Shown: in pieces, positions 38,266 through 48,700 of the stretch
How positions within the stretch are numbered: the first letter of the stretch is position 1
Layout of the letters: each line of letters begins with the position of its first letter
Source of the DNA: an uncultured Bdellovibrionales bacterium
Lineage (GTDB): Bacteria; Patescibacteriota; Minisyncoccia; Moranbacterales; DUUL01
Reading direction: 5' to 3'
NCBI GenBank assembly: GCA_964556685.1
Contig: CAZKWX010000003.1
Coordinates: 78-64,077 of the forward strand
Length of the DNA stretch: 64,000 nucleotides
Notes under the pieces: model-generated
Seen by the model: only the letters and a program-made list of their open reading frames with translations
Told to the model about the DNA's origin: nothing
The model's database searches: none
Program-made: the position numbers and the translations under genes

Positions 38266-39048
38266 TTATTCCTTTGCATTCGGATCAACACTTTTTTCTT
38301 TGGCTTCCAGAACGGTCTTCATGAAAAGACCCAGGATATATTTGAGTGAGGAAAGCGCGTCATCGTTGGCTGGGATGGGATAGTTGATGTTGTCCAAATT
38401 GCTGTTGCTGTCTAGCAAACCAATCACTTTGATGCCAGCAGTGTGAGCTTCTCGAACTGCTGTTTCGTCTTTGCAGACATCCAGCACAAACACAGCATCA
38501 GGCAAGCGTTTCATGTTTTTCAGTCCGCCCATTTTTTGCTCAATTTTGGTCAATTTCTTGTCCAATTTGTTTCTTTCCAACTTAGTCATATTACCCAGCT
38601 TTCCTTTGTCCAATGCCTCTTTATTCTCAACCAAATATTTCACCCGTTTTTTGAGCACATCAAAATTAGTAAAAGTTCCACCCAACCATCGCTCGTTGAC
38701 ATAGGGCATATCCAATTTTTCTCCTACTGTTTGAACCAAATCTTTGGCTTGCTTTTTAGTGCCGACAACAAGGATGATTCCATTTTTCTTGACCACTTCC
38801 TCAACAAACTTGAGCGCTTCTTCAAGCAGGCTCTTGGTTTTTTCCAAATCAATAACGTGCACCCCGTTGCGCACTCCAAAAATATATCGATTCATTCTTG
38901 GATTCCAACGGGATTTTTTGTGACCAAAATGAACTCCAGCTTTCAGCATCGCTTCCAGAGTGAGTTCATACTTATCTTTGGCCCCTACATCAAAAGACAC
39001 CTCGCTTGGAGCTGAGGCCTCTTTGGTGTTCTCCGAATCATTAGACAT
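38266..39048 (-). CDS. rpsB: 30S ribosomal protein S2
   Basis: AGVHFGH, RWLGGTFTNF, IPANDD. Confidence 0.97.
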   Translation of the reverse strand: MSNDSENTKEASAPSEVSFDVGAKDKYELTLEAMLKAGVHFGHKKSRWNPRMNRYIFGVRNGVHVIDLEKTKSLLEEALKFVEEVVKKNGIILVVGTKKQAKDLVQTVGEKLDMPYVNERWLGGTFTNFDVLKKRVKYLVENKEALDKGKLGNMTKLERNKLDKKLTKIEQKMGGLKNMKRLPDAVFVLDVCKDETAVREAHTAGIKVIGLLDSNSNLDNINYPIPANDDALSSLKYILGLFMKTVLEAKEKSVDPNAKE

Positions 39049-39068
39049 GATTTTTCCTTAATAATTTA

Positions 39069-39145
39069 GCCTCTACCTGATTTTAAATCTAGCTTTTGAT
39101 CCCGCCTGGGCGGGACTAGGCAAGCCAGCCATCAGATATGTGTGA
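39069..39145 (-). promoter_or_regulatory. Putative rpsB autoregulatory leader carrying a REP-like insert
   Basis: CACACATATCTGA...TCAGGTAGAGGC stem similar to rpsB leaders; TCCCGCCCAGGCGGGA in the apex. Confidence 0.45.
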
Positions 39146-39294
39146 TAAGTTATTGAAATTCTACTCCCAATAACTTAGAACAATCTAGCACAAGAAGAGT
39201 AAAATGTAAAGACGATAAAATGTAAAATAACAAAGAACCCTTAGCGCTTGTGAAAATAATCTTTCACAGCGCTAGGGCCCTTCAGGGAAAATTA

Positions 39295-40665
39295 TTATTC
39301 CCAGATTTTTACAGTTTCAACGAAACATCCGCCGCCACCGCTACCAGTGACTGTTTGTCTTGATGCCGATGTTGGTTCTAATCTGGTCGATCCTGCTTGC
39401 GGACGACTACGATTAAGAGGATCCAATTCCTTGATCTTTGCTGAGATTTTTCTTGCATAACACTTCTGACATTCAGGATCTTCCGGATGAATGCCATCGG
39501 GTGCACACTTCATCCAGTCTTCCCAGCTATCTCCAGCACAAGACCTCACCTCAACAAATCTCTTTCCAACGATTTCACGGAGTGTTTTGTTATACTCTTT
39601 CACAATAGAGTCTTCGCGAGGATTGCGTCCGCCACTCATTCCAACCATAATGATCTTGTCTGACATTCCAATCAGTTTTCGCCAATTGAATTTAGTGGTC
39701 TGAAAACTAATTGCATAATATAGATCATTATATCCCCACCCACACGTCATTAAGTGAGGAGAATATTTTCGTAGAGCTTCAGCAGCCAACTTCAAACCGT
39801 CGACTGTTGTTGATCCTGAAACTCCTAGTTTAACAACGTTATACAAATCAGCTAACATGTCTTCCAACCAATACTTGTATCGATGAGTGATGGAGTTGCC
39901 GTGAGCAACAACAACTAAGTTGTCGTTTAGCAATCTTCTCATTCCCTCATCGTCTTGCACGAAAGGGTGAGTAATACCTCTCTGCACAGAAGTCTTCCCT
40001 TGGTTCCAGGTAGTTTTCGAATAGGGTCCTACAAAAACTTCAGATAGCTCTCTATCCTTTTTATCCGGAGCTTGATCTTCGTTAAGGTGAATAACAATTC
40101 CATCGGGATTCTGCTTGACCCAATAATAAACACCTTCTTCCTCATTAAATTCCTTCCAATAGATTGATCCACTTTCGTCTATTCGAGGAGTAATGTGAGG
40201 AATCAATGGATTATCAGTCACCTCTTTGAGTTTTGTCCAACTATCATCCTCCCAGATCATTTTGTAGATTGAGTCTTCACCTGAACCGCTATTCGCTGAA
40301 AAAACTAGAGTTGGAGTTCCACTCACTACAGCTAACCAAGAGGCACCATTCGATTCAAAATTGGTTTCAACTTTTTCTGGCACGCTCCAGCTTCCATTCA
40401 AATAATAAGAATAATAGAGATATATCTGTCCAATAACCTCTTCTTCCTCCCAAACAAGCAAGCTCCTATTTTCTCCAAAACCAATTCCGACAGGATGTCG
40501 ACTGTTAGTCAGATAGCTGAAAAGGGAAGAGCCGTTTATATATAATTGGGAATGACCATTTTCAAAATAAATAGTTTCGACATTAAACGTCATACCTATT
40601 GCAGTTTCAGTGTTACTAATAACGAAAAAGCCAGCGATAATTAGACCCACCAATATTTTCTTCAT
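39295..40665 (-). CDS. Secreted SGNH/GDSL-domain protein with a GGGGCF tail
   Basis: Signal peptide, HGNSIT, GVSGSTT, GYND, DGIHP; C-terminal SGGGGCFVET. Confidence 0.8.
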   Translation of the reverse strand: MKKILVGLIIAGFFVISNTETAIGMTFNVETIYFENGHSQLYINGSSLFSYLTNSRHPVGIGFGENRSLLVWEEEEVIGQIYLYYSYYLNGSWSVPEKVETNFESNGASWLAVVSGTPTLVFSANSGSGEDSIYKMIWEDDSWTKLKEVTDNPLIPHITPRIDESGSIYWKEFNEEEGVYYWVKQNPDGIVIHLNEDQAPDKKDRELSEVFVGPYSKTTWNQGKTSVQRGITHPFVQDDEGMRRLLNDNLVVVAHGNSITHRYKYWLEDMLADLYNVVKLGVSGSTTVDGLKLAAEALRKYSPHLMTCGWGYNDLYYAISFQTTKFNWRKLIGMSDKIIMVGMSGGRNPREDSIVKEYNKTLREIVGKRFVEVRSCAGDSWEDWMKCAPDGIHPEDPECQKCYARKISAKIKELDPLNRSRPQAGSTRLEPTSASRQTVTGSGGGGCFVETVKIWE

Positions 40666-41010
40666 TTTGAAGAACCTCCTTTTCGATTATTTCAGATTCT
40701 AAAACAGTTATTATCAATATATTTGCAATTCTTTACAAACTGAATATAAAGTTGTTAAAAAACTCTCCATTTTCGCCAAAATATACTATCAAAATGACTA
40801 TTTGTCAATTTTAATATTCACAGCTTTTTTGCTATATTTGCTACTTGTTCATATGCTTGAAACCTTTTCTTATTTTAGAAGCTTCTGCAGAGTACTCTAA
40901 AGATGATTCTATGCTTGAATTGACGATTTACCTTTTTTATGCTATCTTTTCTCTAGTTATTAATAAATTTAACTTTCTGATTTTCAGGCAAATTGATAGG
41001 AAACAGGCTT

Positions 41011-41138
41011 TGTCATTTCGACCGTATCACATCGTTTTTAACGATGTGAGAAGTGGAGAAATCTCATGATTAACTACGTCTTATAATTCGTGAGATCCCT
41101 CGACTTCTCCCGCCAAGGCGGGATTCGCTCGGGATGAC
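41011..41138. repeat. REPIN-like inverted pair in the pnp leader
   Basis: TGTCATTTCGACCG..GTGGAGAAATCTC / GAGATCCCTCGACT..CGCTCGGGATGAC with nested TCCCGCCAAGGCGGGA. Confidence 0.7.
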
Positions 41139-41186
41139 TTTCAGTCGGTTTTTACCTTCATTTGTCCCGAATTTCGGAACAAAAAA

Positions 41187-43310
41187 ATGGAATCAAAAAA
41201 ATTTTCCGTCGAAGTAGGCGGGAGAACGCTTGAAGCTGAAAGCGGAATGCTAGCCGGCCAAGCTGGTGGAGCTGTCACCGTGCGCTATGGCGACACGGTT
41301 GTTTTAGCAACGGCTACCATGAGATCTCAGCGGGCTGAAGGAATGGACTATTTCCCGCTTTTTGTTGACTATGAAGAGCGTTACTATGCGGGAGGAAAAA
41401 TCAAAGGCTCACGTTTCATCAAGCGAGAGGGCCGACCTTCTGATCAGGCCATTCTGAATGACCGAGTGATTGATCGAACCATTCGACCGCTCTTTGATGA
41501 ACGAATGAGGAATGAAGTGCAAGTGATTGTCACTGTGCTTTCTATCGACAATGAAAATGATCCTGTAATTGTTTCAGTTATTGCCGCATCTTTGGCTTTG
41601 GGAATTTCCGACGTGCCTTGGAATGGACCAATTGCCGCTGTGCGAGTGGGCGAAATAGATGGAAAGTTGACCATTAATCCAGTCAATGGACAGCTTGAAG
41701 AGTCTCCCGTTGATCTGCTGGTTGCCGGAACTAAAGATAAAATAAACATGATTGAATGCGGTGCCAAGGAATATAGCAATGAAGCCACTGCTAAGGCTAT
41801 CACTCTCGGATTCAATGAAGTCAAGAAGATTGCTGAGTTTCAAGAAAGCATCATCAAAAAAATTGGCAAGAAAAAGCAGGACGTGGAATTGACCACTCCT
41901 TCAGCTGAGTTTAAAAAAGAAATACGAGCAATTTTGGAAGAAAAGAATCTAGCTGAAGCTTTCTACACCAAGGACAAGGAAGAACAGAGCGAAAAAATGG
42001 ACGGAATTAAAGAGCACATCAAAGAGACGTTGGAAGAAAAGTATAGCGATGAAGAAGAGCTGACCAAAAGAAAGGCTGAAGCTGATCTAATCTTTGAAAA
42101 TTATCTCAATGAGGTCTTGCATGAGCGAATTCTGAAAGAAGACAAGCGCCCAGATGGAAGAAAAATGGACGAAGTCAGACTCATTTCTTGTCAGACAGGA
42201 ATTCTTCCTCGCACTCATGGGTCAGGTCTTTTTCAAAGAGGAGAAACTCAAGCTTTGACTGTGACCACTTTGGGAGCTCCTGGTGATGAACAGATTATTG
42301 ACACCATGGAGACCGATGAAAAAAAGCGCTACATTCATCATTACAATTTCCCGCCCTATTGCGTGGGCGAAGTGGGATTCATGCGCGGACCCGGTCGAAG
42401 AGAGATTGGTCATGGCGCTTTGGCTGAGAAAGCCTTGCTGCCAGTGTTGCCATCTCAAAAAGAATTTCCCTACACCATGCTTTTGGTCAGTGAGATTATG
42501 TCCTCCAATGGATCATCTTCGATGGCTTCCACTTGCGGATCAACCCTAGCTTTGATGGACGCAGGAGTGCCCATCAAAAAGCCGGTTAGCGGAATTGCCA
42601 TGGGAATTGTGACGGGAGAAAAAAGTGAATACAAGATTCTCTCTGACATTCAGGGACCGGAAGATCACTGGGGAGACATGGACTTTAAGGTTGCTGGAAC
42701 CAAGGATGGCATCACTGCCATGCAGATGGATGTGAAAATCGACGGCATCACTCCTGAGATCGTGGAAGAGGTTTTGGATCGAGCTTTCAAGAGTCGAATG
42801 GAAATCATGGATGTTATGCTCAAAACTATTGCTGAACCTCGCGAAGAACTTTCTGAATATGCTCCTCGCATCATCACCATACAAATTGATCCTGAAAAAA
42901 TTCGCACCGTGATTGGTCCAGGTGGAAAAGTGATTAATGAGATTATTGATGAAACTGGAGTTCAAATTGACATCGAAGATGATGGCAGCGTGTTTATCAC
43001 TGCTGAAAATGGTGAAGGAGGAGAGCAAGCCAAGAAATGGATTGAAAATTTGACTCATGAAGTGAAGCCCGGTGAAGTTTTCAAAGGAAAGGTTGTCAAA
43101 ATTATGGATTTTGGTGCTTTTGTTGAAATTCTTCCCGGACAAGACGGCATGATACACATTTCCCAATTGTCAGAAAAACGAGTGGAAAAAGTTGAAGATG
43201 TGGTGAAAGTTGGCCAAATTGTAACGGTGCGAGTGGCCGAAATTGATAAAATGGGACGGATTAATCTAACCATGAAGGGACTTAATCATGATGCTCCAGA
43301 AAAAAAGTAA
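41187..43310 (+). CDS. pnp: Polyribonucleotide nucleotidyltransferase
   Basis: Two RNase PH domains (RREIGHG, SNGSSSMAS, GDMDFKVAG), KH and S1. Confidence 0.98.
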   Translation: MESKKFSVEVGGRTLEAESGMLAGQAGGAVTVRYGDTVVLATATMRSQRAEGMDYFPLFVDYEERYYAGGKIKGSRFIKREGRPSDQAILNDRVIDRTIRPLFDERMRNEVQVIVTVLSIDNENDPVIVSVIAASLALGISDVPWNGPIAAVRVGEIDGKLTINPVNGQLEESPVDLLVAGTKDKINMIECGAKEYSNEATAKAITLGFNEVKKIAEFQESIIKKIGKKKQDVELTTPSAEFKKEIRAILEEKNLAEAFYTKDKEEQSEKMDGIKEHIKETLEEKYSDEEELTKRKAEADLIFENYLNEVLHERILKEDKRPDGRKMDEVRLISCQTGILPRTHGSGLFQRGETQALTVTTLGAPGDEQIIDTMETDEKKRYIHHYNFPPYCVGEVGFMRGPGRREIGHGALAEKALLPVLPSQKEFPYTMLLVSEIMSSNGSSSMASTCGSTLALMDAGVPIKKPVSGIAMGIVTGEKSEYKILSDIQGPEDHWGDMDFKVAGTKDGITAMQMDVKIDGITPEIVEEVLDRAFKSRMEIMDVMLKTIAEPREELSEYAPRIITIQIDPEKIRTVIGPGGKVINEIIDETGVQIDIEDDGSVFITAENGEGGEQAKKWIENLTHEVKPGEVFKGKVVKIMDFGAFVEILPGQDGMIHISQLSEKRVEKVEDVVKVGQIVTVRVAEIDKMGRINLTMKGLNHDAPEKK

Positions 43311-43425
43311 TTGATAGCAATTCATCATAAACAAAAGACACCTCCCTCGATGGTGTTTTTTGTTTCTCATATTTTTCCATATGTGGTATAATTTTCCTGA
43401 AAAATTAACTTTTCAAAAAAACAAA

Positions 43426-44745
43426 ATGTTTGGCTCAAAAAATAAAAAAAATAAGGGGGAAGAAAAGAAAGAATCTGTGAAGTTTGATTTAGAGACAATG
43501 GAGAGCGACATGAAAGATCCTTTCAAAAAAAAGGATGTGGAGATCACTTCCAATATTCCTATAAAAAATAATGAAAAGCCTCAGAAAGCCTCAGCTAAGA
43601 ATATGCCTCCAAGAAACACGCCGGAAACCCCTTCAAAAAGTCCTTTTTTGACTGATGAAATTGCTTCAGTTACGCCTTCTGATTTTGGCCAGGAGATTCA
43701 GAAAAACAAAGAAAGAGATCATGGGCAAGCTCCCACTCCTAAGGAACAATTTCCAAAAGAGAAAATACCAGCTGTTAAGCCGGAGGTCCCCCAAAACCTG
43801 CCCACTGCAGAAAAAGCTGAAATGCCGAAAACAGACAAGCCTGTTTTTCCTGGAGTTCCAGAGCAAAAAGCTAAGAAAGAAGCCAGTAATGAAGAAATTG
43901 AAAAATATCTTAAACAATCTGTGTCGCGCAAGAAAAAATCAGTTAACATGCCGCTTCTAATCATTGCGGTCGTGGTGCTTGTCGCTACTATTGCGGCTGG
44001 AGCCTATTATTATTTCTTTGTTCTGAATCAGTCATCTGAGACTGTTGAGATTCCTTCGCAAGTCAATGAGGGTGTTAGCACAGACCAGCAAGACACGACT
44101 GACCAAACTGATGTTTCAACAGAGACAACGAATCCCACTGATACGCTTTCCGACACTGGCGTTTTAAATAGTGCTGAAGTTCTTATCATTGAAAACAACG
44201 ACCCCAATGCCAGCTTGATTAATTACATTGCTTTGGCGAAAGAGGACATGGAAAAATCTGCTATGCTGGCTGAAGGCTTCTTCGTGCGAGTGCAAGATGA
44301 AAATGGAATAGTTTCATCGGTTGATCTTTTAGATTATTTCACAATCAACATCCCTAATCTAGATCTATATATCGAGAAGGATGCGTACCTTTTTCTTGCA
44401 TCGTTAAAAGATACCGACACAGTAAAGGTAGCTTTAGTACTTTCTATTGAATCGAATACCAGCGCCGCTATTGTTAAAGAGCATATGAAAGTAGAGGAAA
44501 AAGTTATGCCCAGTCAGATCAAAGTTTTGATGATTGATGAGACAGCTCCTGAAGTGCCAGATCAAGTAGATTTTTCTCCCAGCCTAGTCAACATAGACTT
44601 TCGCTTTTTCAATTATATCGCCGAGAATACCGATCAATCCACTGATTGGGGTGTCATGAAATACAAGGAAGCTAATTATATTGTGTTTACCACTTCGAAA
44701 GACTCAACTGAGAAAATAACTAAAGCTTTGGACCCCTCGCAATAG
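43426..44745 (+). CDS. Single-pass membrane hypothetical protein
   Basis: Pro/Lys-rich N-terminus, TM ending AAGAYYYFF, soluble C-terminal domain. Confidence 0.8.
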   Translation: MFGSKNKKNKGEEKKESVKFDLETMESDMKDPFKKKDVEITSNIPIKNNEKPQKASAKNMPPRNTPETPSKSPFLTDEIASVTPSDFGQEIQKNKERDHGQAPTPKEQFPKEKIPAVKPEVPQNLPTAEKAEMPKTDKPVFPGVPEQKAKKEASNEEIEKYLKQSVSRKKKSVNMPLLIIAVVVLVATIAAGAYYYFFVLNQSSETVEIPSQVNEGVSTDQQDTTDQTDVSTETTNPTDTLSDTGVLNSAEVLIIENNDPNASLINYIALAKEDMEKSAMLAEGFFVRVQDENGIVSSVDLLDYFTINIPNLDLYIEKDAYLFLASLKDTDTVKVALVLSIESNTSAAIVKEHMKVEEKVMPSQIKVLMIDETAPEVPDQVDFSPSLVNIDFRFFNYIAENTDQSTDWGVMKYKEANYIVFTTSKDSTEKITKALDPSQ

Positions 44746-44879
44746 CGGATCTAGTGAATGTGGACAAGTTGTTGACAACTATGGAATCGTTGCAGCTCTG
44801 AAAATTTTGTTAAAAGATTGTTTAAAACGAAAAAAATTTAAATTTTTTCGTTTAGATAAAGCAATAATCGCTTGATTCG

Positions 44880-44908
44880 TTGACCATTGGGTCAAAAAAT
44901 GCTATAAT
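44880..44908 (+). promoter_or_regulatory. Sigma70-type promoter with a palindrome over the -35 box
   Basis: TTGACC-17 bp-TATAAT with extended TG; TTGACC-ATTG-GGTCAA inverted repeat. Confidence 0.75.
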
Positions 44909-44914
44909 AGTTAT

Positions 44915-45358
44915 AGATGTAAGTTCCTTCCAATCTTCCGCTTACGCGGCAGAAGAGTTCCAATCGCGATTTCCCCCTATTCGCGATTGGAGTTCTTCTG
45001 CTGCAACTTCCAGGAAACCAGTAAGACTGGATCTAGTAATTCCTGGGTTTTCAAAAACAAAAACAAAATGTTTCTAAAAACAAAAACTAAAAAAATGGGC
45101 CTAGCCCTACAGCGGAAGAAACAAACCTAGTTACTAGAACTAGATCCCGACGAGATTCTAAATAATAACCGAATTGCCGTCTCACCCCCGGCGAGTAGGT
45201 TTCAAGAAATTCGTCGGTATACCCGTGGCACCATGCCACAAAATCTTTTAGAGGGCATTGGTGCCCGGGTTACCCCCCAAGACATTCACGGGTAGAACAA
45301 AGCGGGTGTTCACATAGTTAGGTTTTTTGAGGAAGCGCCAATAGGGCGGTTTTTTGTT
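44915..45358 (+). ncRNA. Large (~430-nt) structured ncRNA candidate, family unassigned
   Basis: Near-consensus promoter, many nested helices with G.U pairs on the + strand, terminator CGCC-AATAG-GGCG-T-run, no long ORF. Confidence 0.65.
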
Positions 45359-45462
45359 TCCTGAAATATTTTTTGGAAATAAAAAGTGGAAAGCGACAGT
45401 GTTCCTGCTACTTCCCACAAAATTATTTCTGTTGGGTTTATGATTTTAATTGAGGCTATGTT

Positions 45463-45648
45463 TTAATAGTCACATTCATAAATCCCTAATTCTTTTACAG
45501 CTTTGCACCAGGGCCTGTGTTCAACATGGCCATCGCCACGCAATGGCATGTCGCAACTTCACGTACTTCCAACTTTTTCACAGCCACTTCTGTTTCTGGC
45601 TCTTTCAAGTTCGGCTTTTATATTTATCACTTTATTAGGCTTTCCCAT
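45463..45648 (-). pseudogene. Small Cys/His-rich ORF with an in-frame TGA at codon 30
   Basis: GAGAAGGGG upstream; MGKPNKVINIKAELERARNRSGCEKVGST*SCDMPLRGDGHVEHRPWCKAVKELGIYECDY. Confidence 0.4.
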
Positions 45649-45792
45649 TTGCCCCTTCTCCTTTTAGTATTCCACACGTTAGAGCCTCATGGATTATGTT
45701 TTGATCATCGACTGTTAATCGTTCCAGCTTTTCTCCTATTGGAACTGAAAGGATTATAATAACCACATCTAAAAAGAATTGTATTACCCTTT

Positions 45793-48700
45793 TCATTCTC
45801 CCCCTCCTTGTTTTTTAAGCCATACTGTTAATTGAATGTTATCAATTTTAATATCTTTATTAAAAATGTCTTCACTTGGCTTTTTTAAATAAATCTTTTC
45901 CGCCAGAACTTCCCTGGCAATTTCCTTTTCAAACTTCTGAAAAATATCCGACCCACCTTGATACCATAGTTCAATCCGATCGTCAACTTCAAATCCAGCT
46001 TCTTTGCGAGCACTCTGAATGTGCCGCACCAACTCTCTCATCTGACCTTCCAGTTGCAACTCTTCATCGATGTTGATATCTAGACCAACTTTCAGCTCCT
46101 TTTTATCCTTTTCTTTAGCACCATTAGCACTATATGCTTTCCACTTTAGATTTTTATCTTCCTTTTTAGTCAATTCAACACTTTTCACATTGACTTCATC
46201 TTCTATTAATCCAAGAAGCTCTTTTGTCAATTGACAATTGACAATTGACAATTTATCTAATGGTTGTCTCACTTTGATTCCGTTATCAGCTCTAAGCGAC
46301 AGTCCCAATTCAATAATTTTTCTGGTCATTTCCATGTTCTGGCTTAATTCTTCATCGATTAACTCGTCATTACTCTCTGAAAAATCAACCAGGTGAACTG
46401 ATTCATCCCCTGTCAAATTTCGATATATCTCATCAGCCACAAAAGGACAGAAGGGCGCTAACACTTTTGAAAACTCAGCCAGCACTGTCCAAAGTGTTTG
46501 ATAGGCATCTTCTTTGTCGCTATCATTTTCGCTCTTCCAAAATCTTCGACGTGATCGACGAATATACCAGTTGGAAAGATTGTTGATGAATCTATCGATT
46601 GGTTTAGTGGCAGTAACAATATCATATTTTTGCATATTTTCATCAACTGACTTGATCAGCTTGTGAAGTTCAGATAAAATCCACCGATCAAGTAAGTTTT
46701 CTCGATAGTGCACTTCATGAACATCCAGTTTTTCAGCTGACCACTTGTCCACTGATGCATAGAGAGTGAAAAATGAGTAGCTGTTCCAAAGAGTTCCCAG
46801 CACTCTTCTTTGAATGTCTTTGATGGTTGCTTCAGAAAAGCTCACATCTTGTCCATTGAGCAAGGGAGAAGAAAGCATATAGAATCTCAGCGCATCGGCC
46901 GAGTAGTTTTCCAGGATTTCATCTGGATCAGTGAAATTACCAAATGATTTTGACATTTTTCTTCCGTCTTCCCCGGCAATATTTCCTGTAACAATAACGT
47001 TTTTGAAGCTTTCTTTGTCAAAGACTCCCGTGGCCATCACATGAAGCACATAAAACCAAGCTCGCACTTGACCAACATATTCAGCAATGAAATCGGTGGG
47101 GAAGCTTTTTTCAAATTTTTCTTTATTTTCAAAAGGATAATGAAATTGAGCATAGGGCATGGAACCAGATTCCACCCAGCAATCTAAAACCTGAGGAATT
47201 CGCTTCATTGTTCCACCACATTTTTCGCAAGGAAAAGTCACTTCGTCAATATAGGGTCGATGGTAGTCATCTAGTTCAGCACCTGATAGTTTTTTCAACT
47301 CCTCATACGAGCCCACAACTTTTATATTCCCGCAACCATCACTATTGCTTGCACCATTTTTACCAGATTCCGGTTTCTGATTTACGGATTCCGAATGACA
47401 CTTCCAAACAGGCATAGCTGTTCCCCAATAACGATCTCGCGAAATGTTCCAATCAGGCGCCCCTTCAATTCCTTTTTTGAAACGACCTTCTTTAAAATGA
47501 GTTGGATGCCAGAATATTTTTTCGTTGTTTTTGATAAGTTTTTTTCTGATCTTGTCTATTGCCAAAAACCAAGCCGGTTGAGCTTTGTAGATCAGTTTGG
47601 CATGGCAGCGATGACAGTGGGGATATTTGTGAGTAAATTTTTCTTTTTTAAAAAGTATTCCTTCTTTCTCTAGCCACTCAACAATTTTGTCATTAGCTTC
47701 CCAGACTTTTTCTCCCTGCCACTTCCCTTCAGTCAATCTGCCTTCTTCATCAACAATTAGAGCTAGTGGTAAACCATTCTTTTTTCTAGCTTCAAAATCT
47801 TCTTCACCAAAGGCCGGCGCCGTGGAAACAATTCCTGTTCCATCTTCGCTGGTGACATAATCCTCACTAATCAGGACATAGGCTTTTTGTTCATCATCAG
47901 CAACTTCGCTTTGATGATAGACTGGTTTATAGTGAAGACCAATTAGATCAGTCCCCTTGAATTCCTGAATTATTTCATATTGATCTTCTTGCCCCAAAAC
48001 ATCTAAACGCTCTTTGGCTAAAACATATACTTCTTTTGATTCTAGGTGTTTGACCATTGTATAGGTCATTTTCTCGTTGATGGCCAAAGCAACATTGGCC
48101 AGGATCGTCCAGGGCACAGTTGTCCAAACAAGAAAGTAGGTTTTCTCGTCTTTGGCAAAACTGGCTTGAGATTCTTCGTCAGGGCTGGAGTCTAGTTCCA
48201 TTTTAACAAAAACTGCTGTGTCAGTGTCCTCTTCATAACTATTGTCCATGGCAATTTCAAAATTGGCTAAAGGCGTGGAGCAGCGTGGACAATAGAGCGA
48301 AATACGCACATCTTCATAGATCAGATCTTTTTCATAGAGCTCTTTGAAAGCCCACCAAACTGATTCCATGTAGGTTTTGTCCATGGTTTTATAGGCTCCT
48401 TTGAATTCCACCCAGCGGCCAATCCTATCCACTATTTTCTCCCAGTCGGAAGCGATTTTTGAAGTCATGGCAAAGCAAGTTTGGTTGAATTTCTCGATAC
48501 CCACCACTTTTTCAATTTCTTTTTTTGATTTGATTCCCAATTTTTTTTCCACCATGTTTTCAGCTGGCAGACCATGACAATCCCAACCCCAGCGTCTTTC
48601 CACCCGATAGCCTTTCATTGTCCAATAGCGCGGCATACAGTCTTTCACAATCGAAGAAAGCAAGGTGCCATGATGAGGCACGCCAGTAATAAACGGCGGT

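Noticed and set aside
38443-43273. Long antisense ORFs opposite rpsB (38443-39015) and pnp (42546-43166)
   Set aside because: Shadows of well-conserved genes
44915-45358. tmRNA or RNase P identity for the large RNA
   Set aside because: No tRNA-Ala-like ends, and no GAGGAAAGUCC/P4 motifs seen on either strand
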